A stretch of 64,000 nt of DNA from Neophaeotheca triangularis (taxonomy: Eukaryota). A program made the position numbers and the translations under genes. Below the pieces are notes generated by a model. That model was not told the DNA's origin. It saw only the letters and a list, made by a program, of their open reading frames with translations, and did not search any database. This document shows positions 1 through 12,335 of the stretch, piece by piece (position 1 is the stretch's first letter; every line of letters starts with the position of its first letter). The DNA is taken from the NCBI GenBank assembly GCA_054600435.1, contig BAAIJX010000049.1:1-64000 (forward strand). The letters run 5' to 3'.

Positions 1-1408
1 GGGGGGGTGTGAATAACTTTTGTAATGCCAGTGGAAATCTCATTCTCTTCGTCTTCGGGGCCTTGTTTGGTAATTTATCTATTTCATCTTTCCTTCGTAG
101 TCGATCTTGTTCGCGTAGAATAAAGTACTGCTGCGGCCTCTAGATCGCTTGACGTTTTCTTTCCGTCGTTTGGCTGCTTGCTCGCCTGCTTGCTTACCAT
201 CTCTACACCTCTCATTCGATACATACTAGAGGTCCTTGATCTGATCCAACCTCGCACTCTTGCAAAATATTATTTCCGTAGTTCCCAAATCTCGCGACTT
301 CTCAACAAGCCGCCGTCTCCGGGCTGTCACCCTGCGCTCTCGTTGCCGATGTTTTCTCACCCCTTTGCCTGCACCCGATTGCCAGGCGGGTTTATATCAG
401 GTAGGAAGGGGCTTTTACGTTCCCGGTGGTTTACTGCTTTCTTTGTGATTGCGAACATTTTGGGGAGGGGGGGGGGGTTTTGAGTTCTTCTCCGTCTTGC
501 GTTAATATCGTCTGTTCGGCAAGCAAGCAGGTAGAACTGCCAAGCTCGAACCGGCGTTTTCTATCGAGCTGCCAACATCACTGTGCTCTTTGGTTTGATT
601 GCTGTGTACGAGACTACTGCGATCGTCGCCCTCATCTCGGCTTTGCGAAAGTCAGAAGCGTGTCGGCCGGGGACGAGACCTGGCGTCGACGATTTTCACG
701 CTGGTATGGCCTCCCGGCGCTCGCTTTAGGGGCTTCAAGAACGCGCTTTTGCTGCCTATCTGGATGGGAAGGGGAGACTTCTTGTGGACTTGTGTGTGCA
801 CTGCGAGGCGGGCGAGGGGAGATTGTAGGCCAGGGGCAAACGGAAGATGAAATTGGCAAAGTAGGAGTCGTCGCGTGCTTGCTGACCTCTTCCCGGCTTT
901 GCATTCGACGCAGCGATCACTGCTCCTTAGTAGCTCCCTCCCAGCTCTCTTTCTTGTTTTCTCTTCTTCTTTCCTCTCGTGCTGTCCACTCGCCGTCACG
1001 ATCCGGCCGCTGCACGTCCGCGGCCTCGCAATCTACCGATTCTCAAACCCTCATGTCCTCATAGGCCAGCTTGGCACCTGGTTACAAAATTCAACACATA
1101 CCCCCTCTCTTCTCGAAATCAATATCCCTCTGGCTGCGAACACGACTCCGTTGACAGCAGAGCGGCTTCCTTCCTAGTCAGCGACTTCGCGAGCACGTCA
1201 CAACGCGGAAAATACCACCGTTACAAGGTAGGGGACCCGCCCACGGCAGTCTCGCACAGAAGCGATGGGTATAAAATCCGCAGTCCTCGAGAATAGACCA
1301 CCCTCTTCCCTTTTCCTCCCCAACCAACAAAACCATTATGCGCGACCAACCATCCCCAGCCAACCCCACCAAAGCCCTTGACCCCAAGGCACGCAGACCC
1401 GGACCAAA

Positions 1409-2338
1409 ATGTCACAAAAAAGCAGAACCCGCCGCCCCAACACCCCCACCCCTCCCACAACACCAGCCCCTACTTCCACGAAAAAGAACCCCAGCCGCCA
1501 CCCCATCCTAACCCCGACCCCAAGCCGCAGCCCCAGCCCTTCCCACGACCCTCCCCCCGCTACCTTCGCCCCGAAACCCCCACCCACACCCCCGCCCCAG
1601 CCTAACCCCCTTCACCAGTCTCGAAACCTCCGCTCCCCGCCCCAGCACCCCCTCTTCGCCCCCCTGGTGCAAGATTTACTCGCCTCCACGACGCGGTATC
1701 AGGTTTGTCGAGCCCGGGTTCTGTGGTTGCGGGAGTTGGGGGGTGAGACGGGGTCGGTTTGGGGGGGTTTGAGAGCGGAGTTGGCGGGGTTGGAGGATAG
1801 GGTGTTGGAGGGTTTGAGGGAGATGGTGGGGGTTTTTGGGTGGGTTGGGTGGGTTGGAGGGGAGGTTTGGGGTGAGGGGGGATTTGGTGGGGGCTGTGAG
1901 GGGGTGGGTGAGGGGGGATGTCAAGGGGAGTGTGGGGATGGTGATGACGAGGGTTGTGAGGATGGAGGAGTAGTGGGTTGTGCTGATTCTGGGGTGGGTT
2001 TTGGGGAGTTTGTGGGCCTTGATCAGGAAGGGGGGTGTGAGGCGGGTGCGGACTGGGACGATGGGTCGGCAGGGACTTCCTTCAAGTCCTACCGGGGAGA
2101 AAACCCAGCGGTGGGATACGAGTGCGGAGAGTCGAGTCTGGGGCTCCCGGAGCTATGGGAGGTCTCTGGAGGAAGGTACCTGGCCGAATCCGCTGTGAGA
2201 AGGGCGGAGATAGATGAGATGGAGAGAGTAGTCTGCGAGATTTTGGGGAAGTGGTTCCCCCAGCCTTCTGAGCTTCTCGTGTCATCTAATCGCCAGGAGG
2301 ATGGTCCTGAACTAGCACTTTCAAGAGGCATTGGTTGA
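1409..2338 (+). CDS. Hypothetical protein (Pro-rich N-half, Gly/Glu-rich C-half)
   Basis: 309-aa ATG ORF with no recognisable domain. Its composition tracks the local C-rich then G-rich skew, so it may be partly spurious. Confidence 0.35.
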   Translation: MSQKSRTRRPNTPTPPTTPAPTSTKKNPSRHPILTPTPSRSPSPSHDPPPATFAPKPPPTPPPQPNPLHQSRNLRSPPQHPLFAPLVQDLLASTTRYQVCRARVLWLRELGGETGSVWGGLRAELAGLEDRVLEGLREMVGVFGWVGWVGGEVWGEGGFGGGCEGVGEGGCQGECGDGDDEGCEDGGVVGCADSGVGFGEFVGLDQEGGCEAGADWDDGSAGTSFKSYRGENPAVGYECGESSLGLPELWEVSGGRYLAESAVRRAEIDEMERVVCEILGKWFPQPSELLVSSNRQEDGPELALSRGIG

Positions 2339-2710
2339 TGTGGCCATATATCTTCAGGGTCAGGGTTTGGGTTGGAGTGCTGGTTAAAAGCTTTGGTTTC
2401 TTTTGGGCCATACTATTGGATGCGGGAGTTTAAAGGAGTTTTAAGGTAGTGCGATCACTTATATTTGCTTTTCTGCCTACTTAGCTATTCCTTACAAGTG
2501 GCCTGTTCTTGTAGGTCTCTCTTGTATATATTATAGTGCTTGCATCACAAATCCCGTGACCGGGTGCCCAAGCGTGTCGCGGGGTTGCCCATTGTTGACG
2601 CGACCATACCTTTGTACATTCCAAGGTTACACCCAACTGCACTTTTCACCAGACACCCATCGATACACCGCAAATGCTACAAACTACTCTATTATAGTTC
2701 GAGCCCAATC

Positions 2711-3853
2711 ATGCCGACCACCTCAACCCACAAGCCCGCTCCCCTCGCCGCCAAACCCTCCAAAAACATCTTCGACCCATTCAACTCCTCATCCACCGGC
2801 CACCAAAGAGCAGACAACCGCCTAAGCGGCAGCATCTCCTGGCGCGAAAGCCGCAACCGCAAGTTGCAAGAGCAGTTCGCGCACCAACACGATGGCGGAG
2901 GAAAACGCATGTCCGACACCGTGGGAGCGGGGAGTTTAGACTTTGGAACTGACGGGAGGACGGAGAATGGAGGTTGGGAGCGGGGGGCGAGTGGGTTGAG
3001 GAAGGGCGGGCAGAAGAGTATTCTTGAGGGGTTTGGGGTTGAGAAACCTGAAGTGGGGGAGGGGGAGAGGGGGACGAAGAGGCGGAAGGTTGAGCCCACG
3101 GCTGTCGTGAATCCTTTCACGCCGTGTAAGAAGGCGGATGGCTCGGTGAGGGAGACGAGCTGGACGAGCCGGGAGACTGCTCCATCGCGGCACCTGCTCT
3201 CGCCGATCGATATGCTCTACCCTGTCGAAGACTCTGCCATCTCTTCCCCGGCGCCAGCTCCCTCGAACCAGGAAGCAGCTGCCTCGCTCAAACACCCACT
3301 CTCGACTCTCACGGAAGAAGCCTCAGCACCCACCGCACTCCCCGTAAAGCCCAACCGCCAGCTCGAGCTCGAATCCCAAAACCAAAGCCAACCCCCTTAC
3401 CCGCAACTTCAAGCTCCACCACCCAAACCGCCGCAAATCTTCCAAAACCTCAAAATTCACCTCAACGGCAGCACCGCCCCTCTAATCTCAGACCACGCCC
3501 TCAAAACCCTCCTAACCACCCACGGCGCCCAACTCTCCCTCTCGCTCAGCCGTAAAAGCGTCACGCACGTCATCTTAGGCCACGCTAGCAACAACAACAA
3601 CAACAGCAAGAACAAAACCACCAACACCAACAAAGGCAGCGGCGGCGGCCTCGCGTCCTCCAAACTACAAAAGGAGATAAGCGGGAGCATTAGCAGATGC
3701 AGCGGCGTGAAGTTCGTGATAGCCGAGTGGGTTATCGAGAGTGTGAGAGCCGGGAGGAGGTTGGGAGAAGCGAGGTTCGCAGGGGTGGGTATGAAGGGCA
3801 GTGGGCAGAGGGGAGTTGGGGAAATGTTTGCGCGGAAGAGCAAAGGGGGATGA
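2711..3853 (+). CDS. BRCT-domain protein
   Basis: First ATG at 2711. N-terminal FDPFNSSSTGHQRADNRL motif. C-terminal BRCT-like IFQNLKIHLNGSTAPLISDHALKTLLTTHGA...VTHVILG...VKFVIAEWVIESVRAGRRL. Confidence 0.8.
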   Translation: MPTTSTHKPAPLAAKPSKNIFDPFNSSSTGHQRADNRLSGSISWRESRNRKLQEQFAHQHDGGGKRMSDTVGAGSLDFGTDGRTENGGWERGASGLRKGGQKSILEGFGVEKPEVGEGERGTKRRKVEPTAVVNPFTPCKKADGSVRETSWTSRETAPSRHLLSPIDMLYPVEDSAISSPAPAPSNQEAAASLKHPLSTLTEEASAPTALPVKPNRQLELESQNQSQPPYPQLQAPPPKPPQIFQNLKIHLNGSTAPLISDHALKTLLTTHGAQLSLSLSRKSVTHVILGHASNNNNNSKNKTTNTNKGSGGGLASSKLQKEISGSISRCSGVKFVIAEWVIESVRAGRRLGEARFAGVGMKGSGQRGVGEMFARKSKGG

Positions 3854-4330
3854 TGGGGCGAAAGGGTTGGCTTTTTGCTTTTACCCGTGCTGAGGGCGAC
3901 AGAGGGGAGAAAATCTACAAGTCTCCTTCTTCCCCTCATCCTTCTTACAACGCCCATACCGTATCCTGCTTTGCGGTCGAGCTTCGGAGTCCCGTGCTCG
4001 AAAGTAAACAATTCACGCACTTACTGCCAGCAGAGACTGGTCACTACCGCCAGCCTCCTCTTCCTCGCACCGGCGAAGCGTACGAGGCTCGGGAACAACC
4101 GGTTTGGAAAAAGACGACGCCGGATTCTGCTGGGCCCTTGATGGCACCCGCTGGCTCTCCGGCTCTAAGAAGAGGGGGGAGCACGTTTCGCCACTGTGGC
4201 CGGATACGTACACGTTTGGGCGAGGCGAGCGTAATGGAGAGAGGAGTCTTGTTTGTTTTGCTTTGGAGCGGAGGGGTGGTTGAGCTGGAGAGAAGGAGGG
4301 CGGAAAGAGAGAAGAGGCTAGAGGGAAGAT

Positions 4331-4450
4331 TGCCGGAGAACAGAGAGTCGGAGAAAAGAGTGCCGGAGAAAAGAGAGCCGGAGAAAAGAGAGCCGGAGAA
4401 TCGATAGATGGCCGGGGAAAAAGAAGGCCGGAGAACAGATGGCCAGAGAT
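4331..4450. repeat. 15-bp minisatellite (GCCGGAGAAAAGAGA-like, about 8 degenerate copies)
   Basis: Visible tandem units. Translates as (PEKRE)n on + and (FSGSL)n on -. Confidence 0.75.
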
Positions 4451-4928
4451 TAGAGATTGTTCGAGCTAGAGAGGAAGCCCGCCAGGGAAAACAGGCCAGG
4501 GAGAGTGAAGGCCATATCAAGATGGCCAGAAAGAAGAACGAGGACGGGGCAACCGCGAACTTTACCCTATCACTATAGAGATTTCTAGAGATACCCCCAA
4601 CAAATTCTACCTTATTTCTGAAAAGCCATCTCATTAATCAAAATCCAATCGCCTACCTTGGACAAAGACAAAAAGCATGATTCGACAACAAAGAGCTCAC
4701 ATGGAGGAAAACATTTCCGTGTCGGCTACACAATTTCAATTCCAATTTCATATGCATTTTGTGTCTCCCCATCTATATCTGAGAGTTCATCCCATCCCAT
4801 TCAACCCTTTGTCAGCCCAAGACAGGCAGGACAAAAGAGCCTCAAAAAAATTTCATCAACATTCATATCTGCTGTCTCACTGCCACCGCCACTTCCACAC
4901 ACATGTCTCAAGCTCTTGTAACCAATCC

Positions 4929-6852
4929 TTAAGCAGTGTAAGTAGAAGCGGAAACGTTACCGCCGCGACCGGTCCAGTTGACGTGGTGGTCCTTGCCCTC
5001 GGGGTACTTGTCGCTGGCGTGCTCGGGCTTGATACGGAAGGTGTGGGCGCCGAAGTAGTCGCGCTGGGCCTGGAGCAAGTTGGCGGGCAGGTCCTTGGTG
5101 CGGATGCCGTCGTAGAAGGAGAGGGCGGTGCTGAAGGCCGGGGTGGGGATACCCCAGAGAGCGCCCTTGGAGACGACGTCGCGCCAGCCGGGCTGCGCGT
5201 GCTGAATGGCCTTGTTGAAGAAGTCGCTGAAGAGCAGGTTCTCCAAGTCGGGGTTGTCACGGTAGGCTTGGGTAATGTTCTTGAGGAAGACGCTGCGGAT
5301 GATGCAGCCACCGCGCCACATGAGGGCGATCTCGGGCTTTTGAAGCTTCCAGCCGTACTCCTTGGCGGCCTGTATGGAATTGTTAGTCTTCTTCTATCAT
5401 GACTTGTGGTGGGTACAACTTACGCTCTGCATGAGCATGAAACCCTGGGCGTAGGAGATGATCTTGGAGGCGTAGAGGGCCTGCTCGAGGTTCTTGAGGA
5501 ACTCGGTGCGGTCGCCGTTGAACGAAGGAGTAGGGCCACCGAGCTTCTGGCTGGCGCGAGTACGCTCGCCCTTGAGGGAAGACAGACACCTGGCGAAGAC
5601 GGCCTCACCGATGAGGGTCACGGGCTGACCCATGTCGAGGGCGTTGATTGCGGTCCACTTGCCGGTACCCTTTTGACCAGCAGAGTCAAGGATCTTCTCG
5701 ACGAGAGGGGTGTTGTCGTCGTCGTTGTAGTAGAGGATGTCACGGGTGATTTCGATGAGGAAGGAGTCAAGGACGCCCTTGTTCCACTCGGCGAAGACGT
5801 CACCCATCTCCTTGCTGCTCATACCGAGACCACGCTTCATGATGTCGTAGGCCTGGAAAATGTCAGCTACCCGTTCTAAATTTCGCACATTCGAATATGC
5901 TGTGTCGTCTCACCTCGCAAATGAGCTGCATGTCACCGTACTCGATACCGTTGTGAACCATCTTAACGTAGTGGCCCGCACCCTCGTCACCGACCCATTG
6001 GCAGCACGCCTCGCCGTCAGACTTGGCGGAGATGGCCTGGAGGACATCCTTGATGTAAGGCCAGGCCTCCTCGTTACCACCAGGCATGATGGAAGGACCG
6101 TAACGGGCACCCTCCTCACCACCGGAGACACCGGAACCGACGTAGCGGATGCCCTTGGCCTGCAAGTACTTGGTGCGGCGGTTGGTGTCGGGGAAGTGGG
6201 AGTTTCCACCGTCAATGATGATGTCGCCGGGCTCGAGGCCGGACTCGAGGAGGGCCTCGATGAAGTCGTCGACGGGCTTGCCGGCCATGACGAGCAACAT
6301 CATGCGGCGGGGTTTCTTGAGCTTGGCAACAAACTCCTTCATGCTGTGTGCGCCGACAATGCTCTTGCCCTTGGCCTCATTATCGAGGAAGCGGTCGACC
6401 TTGGCAACGGTACGGTTGAAGGCGACAACGTTGAAGCCGTGGTCGGCGGCGTTGAGGATCAGGTTCTGGCCCATGACCGCAAGGCCAATGAGACCAAAGT
6501 CTCCGCTAGAGAGGGAAGCATGTCAGCAGGTGTGTTGGGTGGGTAGGTAGGTAGGTAGGTAGGTAGGAAGCGAGCGAGCAATGGTTGGGAGTGGGGTGAT
6601 TGAGTGATTGAAGAGGATGGATGAGCCAGCACCACAACCGCATTGTGTCGTATCCTCGCTCTTTCGTAGCCGTTCAGCAGAAGCATATGATGAATGTTGC
6701 CGCTGTTCCGCCACGTCGTTGTATGCATGCCCAAGGCCGGGGACAAAATTCTTCCTCTTGTGACATCAAGCCCAGCAGCCCCCACCACCCCTCCTCCATG
6801 GATGGATGTGCTTGAAGGAAAAAGAAGCAACTTACACAGCCTCAGTAGACAT
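4929..6852 (-). CDS. GND1: 6-phosphogluconate dehydrogenase, decarboxylating; exons 6852-6836, 6505-5914, 5852-5424, 5369-4929
   Basis: Spliced start [24 protein letters not shown]. Motifs [46 protein letters not shown] and [11 protein letters not shown]. Three GT-AG introns with branch sites keep the frame. Confidence 0.97.
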
Positions 6853-8103
6853 GATGGCGGGGTCGTGTTTGTGGGTGGATAAGTGTTGAGAGAGAGATTC
6901 AAGTCGTTGTAGAGGGGAAGAGAGAGAAGTAGTGGTGGCGGTAGTGGTGGTGGTGGTTGTAGTAGTAAGAGGAGGAGGAGGATGTTGCAGAGGTGTCGGT
7001 GGTGATGTTGATGTATCCATAGAAAGTTTGGTTGGGCTCATGGCGGGCTTTTGCGCTCGCTCCTGCCAGCCCGGCCTGCTTGCCAAATTGCCCCACTTGC
7101 CGGAATCGGGCGTGTCTTCTTGGTCCTTTTTGCTGTCGCCTGTTGTACGTTACTAGTGATAATAACTTATTAGACTGCAAGACGGGACCTCTCTCTGTAT
7201 GCGATAACGTGATTGTTTGTTATTCACCCGCGATGAAATGATGCCGGGTTTGTCGCGTCCAATGCATGCAGATATGTAGGTATGTAGGTAATGTAGAGGT
7301 GTACCCTCGTATCTTGCCTGCTCTATACAAGTCGGGTACTTGGACAACAAACACAGATAATAATGAACCCCGAGATCAACGGGAACAACTCTCGACTCCT
7401 TTCCAACGAAGGGAAAAGACACGTTAAGAGTGACTGACCTTGTCTGTCTGTCCAATAGCCGATCGCCGACGGACCCCGAGGCATCAATTACTACCACAGC
7501 ACTACTAGAGTCAGGTACTATGTATGGATGTATCAGTAGTTACCCGGACTTTCTTCACGGAGCACGGACATACTACTACTCAATGCAATCACATAACTAA
7601 CACCAGCAATCACCAAGGCCGATTCTGACTCTGACTCTGACTCTCCTTGAATGCCTAACTGCCAGACCTCTTATGATCTGCCATTTGCCAGCCGTCCGTG
7701 GGTTTTATTAAACTAGGTGCGTTGTATAATCATCCGGTGCAAACAAGACCTGCTCGTGCTCCCAAGCAATAATCCGGCGCTACTCTCCGGCCCTTTGCCG
7801 TCTATCCCCCCCACCGTCCAACAACGCCACAGGGTGGGGGTTCCCGTGGGAGTTCGTCGTCTAGATTTCCACGGGATAAGCGTGGGACGAATAAACATTA
7901 CTATTCACGGCCATGCCACACAGATAAGAATAGCGCAGAGAGTCCATCCTACACACACGTGACACATCCACACAATGCCAGATGGCGGAAAGCAAAGTTC
8001 CGCATACCACAAGAATCCGGATACAGTAGTACATGCAACCCATCGTCTTCCGCCGCTTCTACATCCGAGGCCCACCTCTGCCCACATACCAAACCTACCT
8101 AAC

Positions 8104-10058
8104 CTACCTAACCTCCCAAACCCTCACTTTACCCTGCTCATTCCCCACTGCCAAAACGGCAAAAACATCCCCCTCTGCGTCTCCCTTGCCACCACCGCCC
8201 TCAGCAACAACACCCCCCTCGGCAATCGCCACACTTGTAATCCGCCCCAGAGGCGTCGAACTCGTGGGCCAGTTCTTGAAAACCGTGCAACTGGGCAAAT
8301 GCACCAATCTCATGGCGTCGCGCTTCCATTTGCTAGCCATCGCTAACAGCTGCCCGTCTGGAGAGAAGGTCAGATGGCTGGTCGGGGTTGTAAGGTGGTC
8401 TAGGACGCGGGCGGGCTTGGGGTGACTGGGAATCGGTTGGTCTGTTCTGTTCTTTTTGGTCCTGTTGTCGTTACTGTCCGTGAGCCAGGCCTTGCGGTCG
8501 TAGATGTTGACGATGCCCGAGCTGCTGCCCACCGCTACCCATCTGTCGGTCCCGCAAGCGGCTTTGTTGATACCGTTGTGCCCGCCGAGCGCGAGCACCG
8601 TCGTGCCGACTGCTCCCTCGTCTTGCCAGCGCGCGACCGCCGTTTGCGAGTGCACCGACCACTCTGTCACTTCGCCCCCTTTGCCGACGATTGCTATACC
8701 CGCGCTGTCGCGCCACCACGCGAAGTCTGCGATGCCCCCGCGGCTTTCGATGCGCGCTTGGCTTAGCCATTGGAGGCTTGTGGCCGAGAGAATATTGACG
8801 ACGCCGCCGCCTTTGCGTGCGGAGCCTTGCAGTGCCATGTAGTTCCCGTCTGGGCTGAGTTTGAAAGTCTCCATCGTCTTTTGCTCGTGTTGGTGGCCGT
8901 AAACCCGGGAGATCTTCTCGACTTGTCCCGTTTGCAGGTTCCAGATGTGGAAGTAGCGGCGGCGCGCAGAGAGGAAGATGCGGGAGTCGTTGGGATGGAA
9001 GGCTGTAGTTGTGAGGGGCGTGTTGCGGATGTGGAGGCTAGTGAGGAGCGGGTTTGGTGTAGGCGCTGGTGGTGAGGAAGCGAGCTGGTGGAGGTAGAGA
9101 GTCGAAGAGGGGCCGGAGGAGAGCAGGAGCGGCAGCTGTGGATGGAAGGATAGCGAGGTCACCGCTGAGGGTTGGGTGCCCGCGATGTCCTTGGTTCGCT
9201 GGATTTCGATCACCTCTGGTCGTAGTTTGCGCTTCTTGCCGGTTCCTGGTCCAGATTGACGGACGAGACTTTCCGCATCTTGCAATAGCTGCGCAAGAGG
9301 CTGTACGGGGTCCACCTCTCCGTCCATGTCCATCTCGTCGCCTGAAAATTCTTCTGCGGATGATCCAGCGCCCTCTGATAACCTTCTGCGTTTTGCCGCC
9401 GGTTTCCCCATCGCCTGTCGAGCCCACTCTGGTGCTGGGTTGAGCATCTCAAACTGCCGTCTTAATCGTCTGGCATAGTCTTTGCCCGTAATCACATCTT
9501 CAGCTTCAGTTTGTCTCAGCTTCCGCAACCTAGGTACGGAATTGAGCGAAATCAGCATGCGCTCATCATCGCTGTCTTCCCAAGCTGCCGGCTGTCGCAT
9601 TTGCGCCACATCATCGTCGTCCGAGTCATCGGTCTTTGCAGGAGGTTGGTACGCATTTTCGTCGTCCCCAGTATCGGTAAAGAAGAGCTGAAGAATGTCA
9701 GAACATCCGTCGCAACAGAATAAAAGTACATAGTCTGACCTACTGCTGCATCGTCCAGACCTGCTAGATCTGTGGTGTCGTTGCCTGCGCCTTCCTCTGT
9801 TTCAAACTCTTCCTCTTCGGTAAGCCCAAAGTCTCTCAACCCCTCTCTAAACCCTGCGCTATCACCAAAGACCAGATGCTCCAGCTCTTCCTCAGCAGCG
9901 TCTTTTTCAAGCTCCGATCCATCGCTTTCCTGGTCATCTGCATCCGCGACGTCAACGTCTGAGTCTTCTTGAACCTCGTCCTGAATAGGCGATGCGGGTT
10001 GATGTACGGGTTCTCTCCTGTCAACCTTGGGGGCCTTGTTTGCCTTTGACCGCGCCAT
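8104..10058 (-). CDS. UTP18: U3 snoRNA-associated WD40 protein Utp18; intron 9743-9688
   Basis: Motifs EEELEHLVFGD, LFFTD, AAWEDSDDERMLISL, RLRKLR; WD40 repeats; VHLPSCTVFKNWPTSSTPLGRIT; ends GNEQGKVRVWEVR. Confidence 0.92.
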
Positions 10059-10613
10059 TGCCAATATATTTGAGTCGTTGCCTTCACATGTTCCTCGAAA
10101 CTTTTTGGCAAAGCTCGCTCGCTCAACCTTCCCTTGTTGGTCCTGATCATGCCAAGCTTCTACCGCGCCGGATGCTCGCGGTGTGGGGGCGACAACATCC
10201 AACTCACTTCTATGTCGCAGACAGAGTGACTGACTCTCCCGATCACTTTCACAAAAGACAAACTCCTCTATCCCTTTATCCTCCCTTCCACCACTCTGTC
10301 CCATAACTACAATCACGACTCCCTTCCTTTGCGACAGGCAAGAGCTTTCGCAATCCTCTCCGCGACCAGGCGCCACTCACTCCCGCACCTTTTGAAGGTG
10401 TTCACCTCTCGCGCCGCGCTTCAATCAACCTCTCCTTGCGAACACATTCTACAACCCACTCGACCGCCTACCTTACCGTACACGAGACCGTTTACACCTT
10501 CGTCGCAACGCCCGTACTACGGCTGCCACCAATTGCGCGCAACACCGGGCTCTTCAACCACCAGCGAAGTGAAGTGAACTCAGACCAACACCTCAACTCC
10601 TACAACCGCCACC

Positions 10614-12335
10614 ATGAAGCCCTTCGCCGCAGATGGCGATGTGGCCAGGGAGCTCTCCATGGTCATCCAGAGGGATCTTATCCAGAAGGAAATTGCCCCC
10701 GATGAGAACGACATGACAATGGCCGAATACATAGCTGCTATAATTGGCGAAGGTTCCAAGACCCGCGACCAGGTCACTCAAGAGTGCTCGGAATTTCTTC
10801 CTCTGGATACTGAGCAGCTGTCGCAGTTTTTCGCTTGGGTTTATGAGCAGGCTGGCATCCTTCAGGGAGCTCAGGAACCTACCATGGATGTCGCAAGCAC
10901 CGCCGAAGTTCCAGTTCAGCTCGAGGCAGCGCCTGATGCTGCTGCTGCTGTCGCACCCGCCGAGACAGATGTTGCAATGGATGATCAGGAAAACCTCTCC
11001 AAAATGTATGTTTGCCCCGAGTGTATAGACAGAGTCCCCATCTCTCAAAGGGCGTTCGTAACGACTACTTTGGAGTCAAAGGCTCGACGCCCTTGCTTGT
11101 TGTGCGATGGAACTGACGAGTCCGATCCTGAACTAACAACTTGTCATAGGCGTGCCCCAGATGGCCCAAAGTCGATGCGTAATTCGGGAAGAGGCGGTAT
11201 TGAGGCTGGGCGTGGTAAGCGCGTCATGAACCAGCTACATAAGCACATGGATCGGTCTCAGCCGGCGGGTATTGCAGCGAACAGAATCAGCAACGGCCGG
11301 GTCGACACGAAGAGAGGGCGCCAGCCACCGAGAGGCCCAGCGAGTCACGGCAACAACCTCGCTCAAGGTCTTAGCCGAACGATGCAGAACATGCGCGGAG
11401 GCTTCACTCCACAAATGATGCAAGGTGGAGGTGGCGCAGACCCGATGCAAATGGCACAGTTCATGGAGACGGCGACGGCTTTCATGGCGCAGATGGCGAA
11501 CCAGCAACAGCAAGGCCAGCAGACGGTGTACAACCCCAACTTCCGCGGCGGCCGCGGCGGCGCTCGTGGCAAGAACACCACCCAAAGAGGCAGAGGCGGC
11601 CAGCGAGGCGGCGCGCATATTACCAAAAACGGCGCCGACGCCATGGACGTAAGCATGGACACGCCCTTTGACGACCAAAAAGACCCCTTCGACACGGAAT
11701 GCCGCTTCAACACGCACTGCACCAACCCCAGCTGTCCCTATGCGCACCAGTCCCCGGCCGCCACGGGCAAAACCGCCCTAGACCTCTCCGACACCTGCCC
11801 CCACAAAGCCGCCTGCCAAAACCACAAATGCTCCGCCAAACACCCATCCCCGGCACAACGCACCGCCCACAACGCCTCCACCCCCACGGCCCACACCTCC
11901 TCGTCCGCTTTCCCCAACCCCAAATCCCAAACCAAATGCCGCTTCGACACCCACTGCACCCGCGACGGCTGCCCCTTCGCCCATTCCACCATCCCACCCT
12001 GCAAGAACGGCCCCGATTGCGACGTCCGTGGTTGCAAATTCACGCACTCGGAAATACCCTGTCGTTACGACCCGTGCACTAAACCGGGAATGTGCACATT
12101 CAAGCATCGGCCGGGGCAGAGGAAGGAGGGCGGGTCTGGGGATAAAGTTTGGACGGCTGAAGGGGGAAAGAATGGGACTAGTGAGCGGCTGAAGGGGTTT
12201 TCGGCCGCTGAGGGTGAGGAGTTGATCTTACCCGGCAGGAATGGCGGCGAGGGCGATAACAACGTTGCGCCGAACGGCGGTGGTGTTGGTGCGCAGAGCG
12301 AGAGTCAGGATATGGAGACGCAGATTGTAACGTGA
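10614..12335 (+). CDS. NAB2: Nuclear poly(A) RNA-binding protein Nab2 (PWI-like N-terminus, RGG region, tandem CCCH fingers); probable intron 11006-11149
   Basis: N-terminal MAEYIAAII...FFAWVYEQ, RGG repeats, CRFNTHCTNPSCPYAHQSPAA followed by further CCCH fingers. Confidence 0.85.
   Translation: MKPFAADGDVARELSMVIQRDLIQKEIAPDENDMTMAEYIAAIIGEGSKTRDQVTQECSEFLPLDTEQLSQFFAWVYEQAGILQGAQEPTMDVASTAEVPVQLEAAPDAAAAVAPAETDVAMDDQENLSKMYVCPECIDRVPISQRAFVTTTLESKARRPCLLCDGTDESDPELTTCHRRAPDGPKSMRNSGRGGIEAGRGKRVMNQLHKHMDRSQPAGIAANRISNGRVDTKRGRQPPRGPASHGNNLAQGLSRTMQNMRGGFTPQMMQGGGGADPMQMAQFMETATAFMAQMANQQQQGQQTVYNPNFRGGRGGARGKNTTQRGRGGQRGGAHITKNGADAMDVSMDTPFDDQKDPFDTECRFNTHCTNPSCPYAHQSPAATGKTALDLSDTCPHKAACQNHKCSAKHPSPAQRTAHNASTPTAHTSSSAFPNPKSQTKCRFDTHCTRDGCPFAHSTIPPCKNGPDCDVRGCKFTHSEIPCRYDPCTKPGMCTFKHRPGQRKEGGSGDKVWTAEGGKNGTSERLKGFSAAEGEELILPGRNGGEGDNNVAPNGGGVGAQSESQDMETQIVT

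Noticed and set aside
1..1300. GGGGGGG-TGTGA at the window start as a polypurine tract plus LTR, and several overlapping ORFs
   Set aside because: No second LTR copy, no clear LTR end and no RIP signature. The ORFs have no recognisable domains.
6506..6835. Long first intron of GND1 as a source of an alternatively spliced PTS2 isoform (as known for Candida albicans GND1) or as a snoRNA host
   Set aside because: The frame upstream of the acceptor hits TGA at the branch site and no PTS2 nonapeptide is evident. The only RTGATGA box seen is on the non-transcribed strand.
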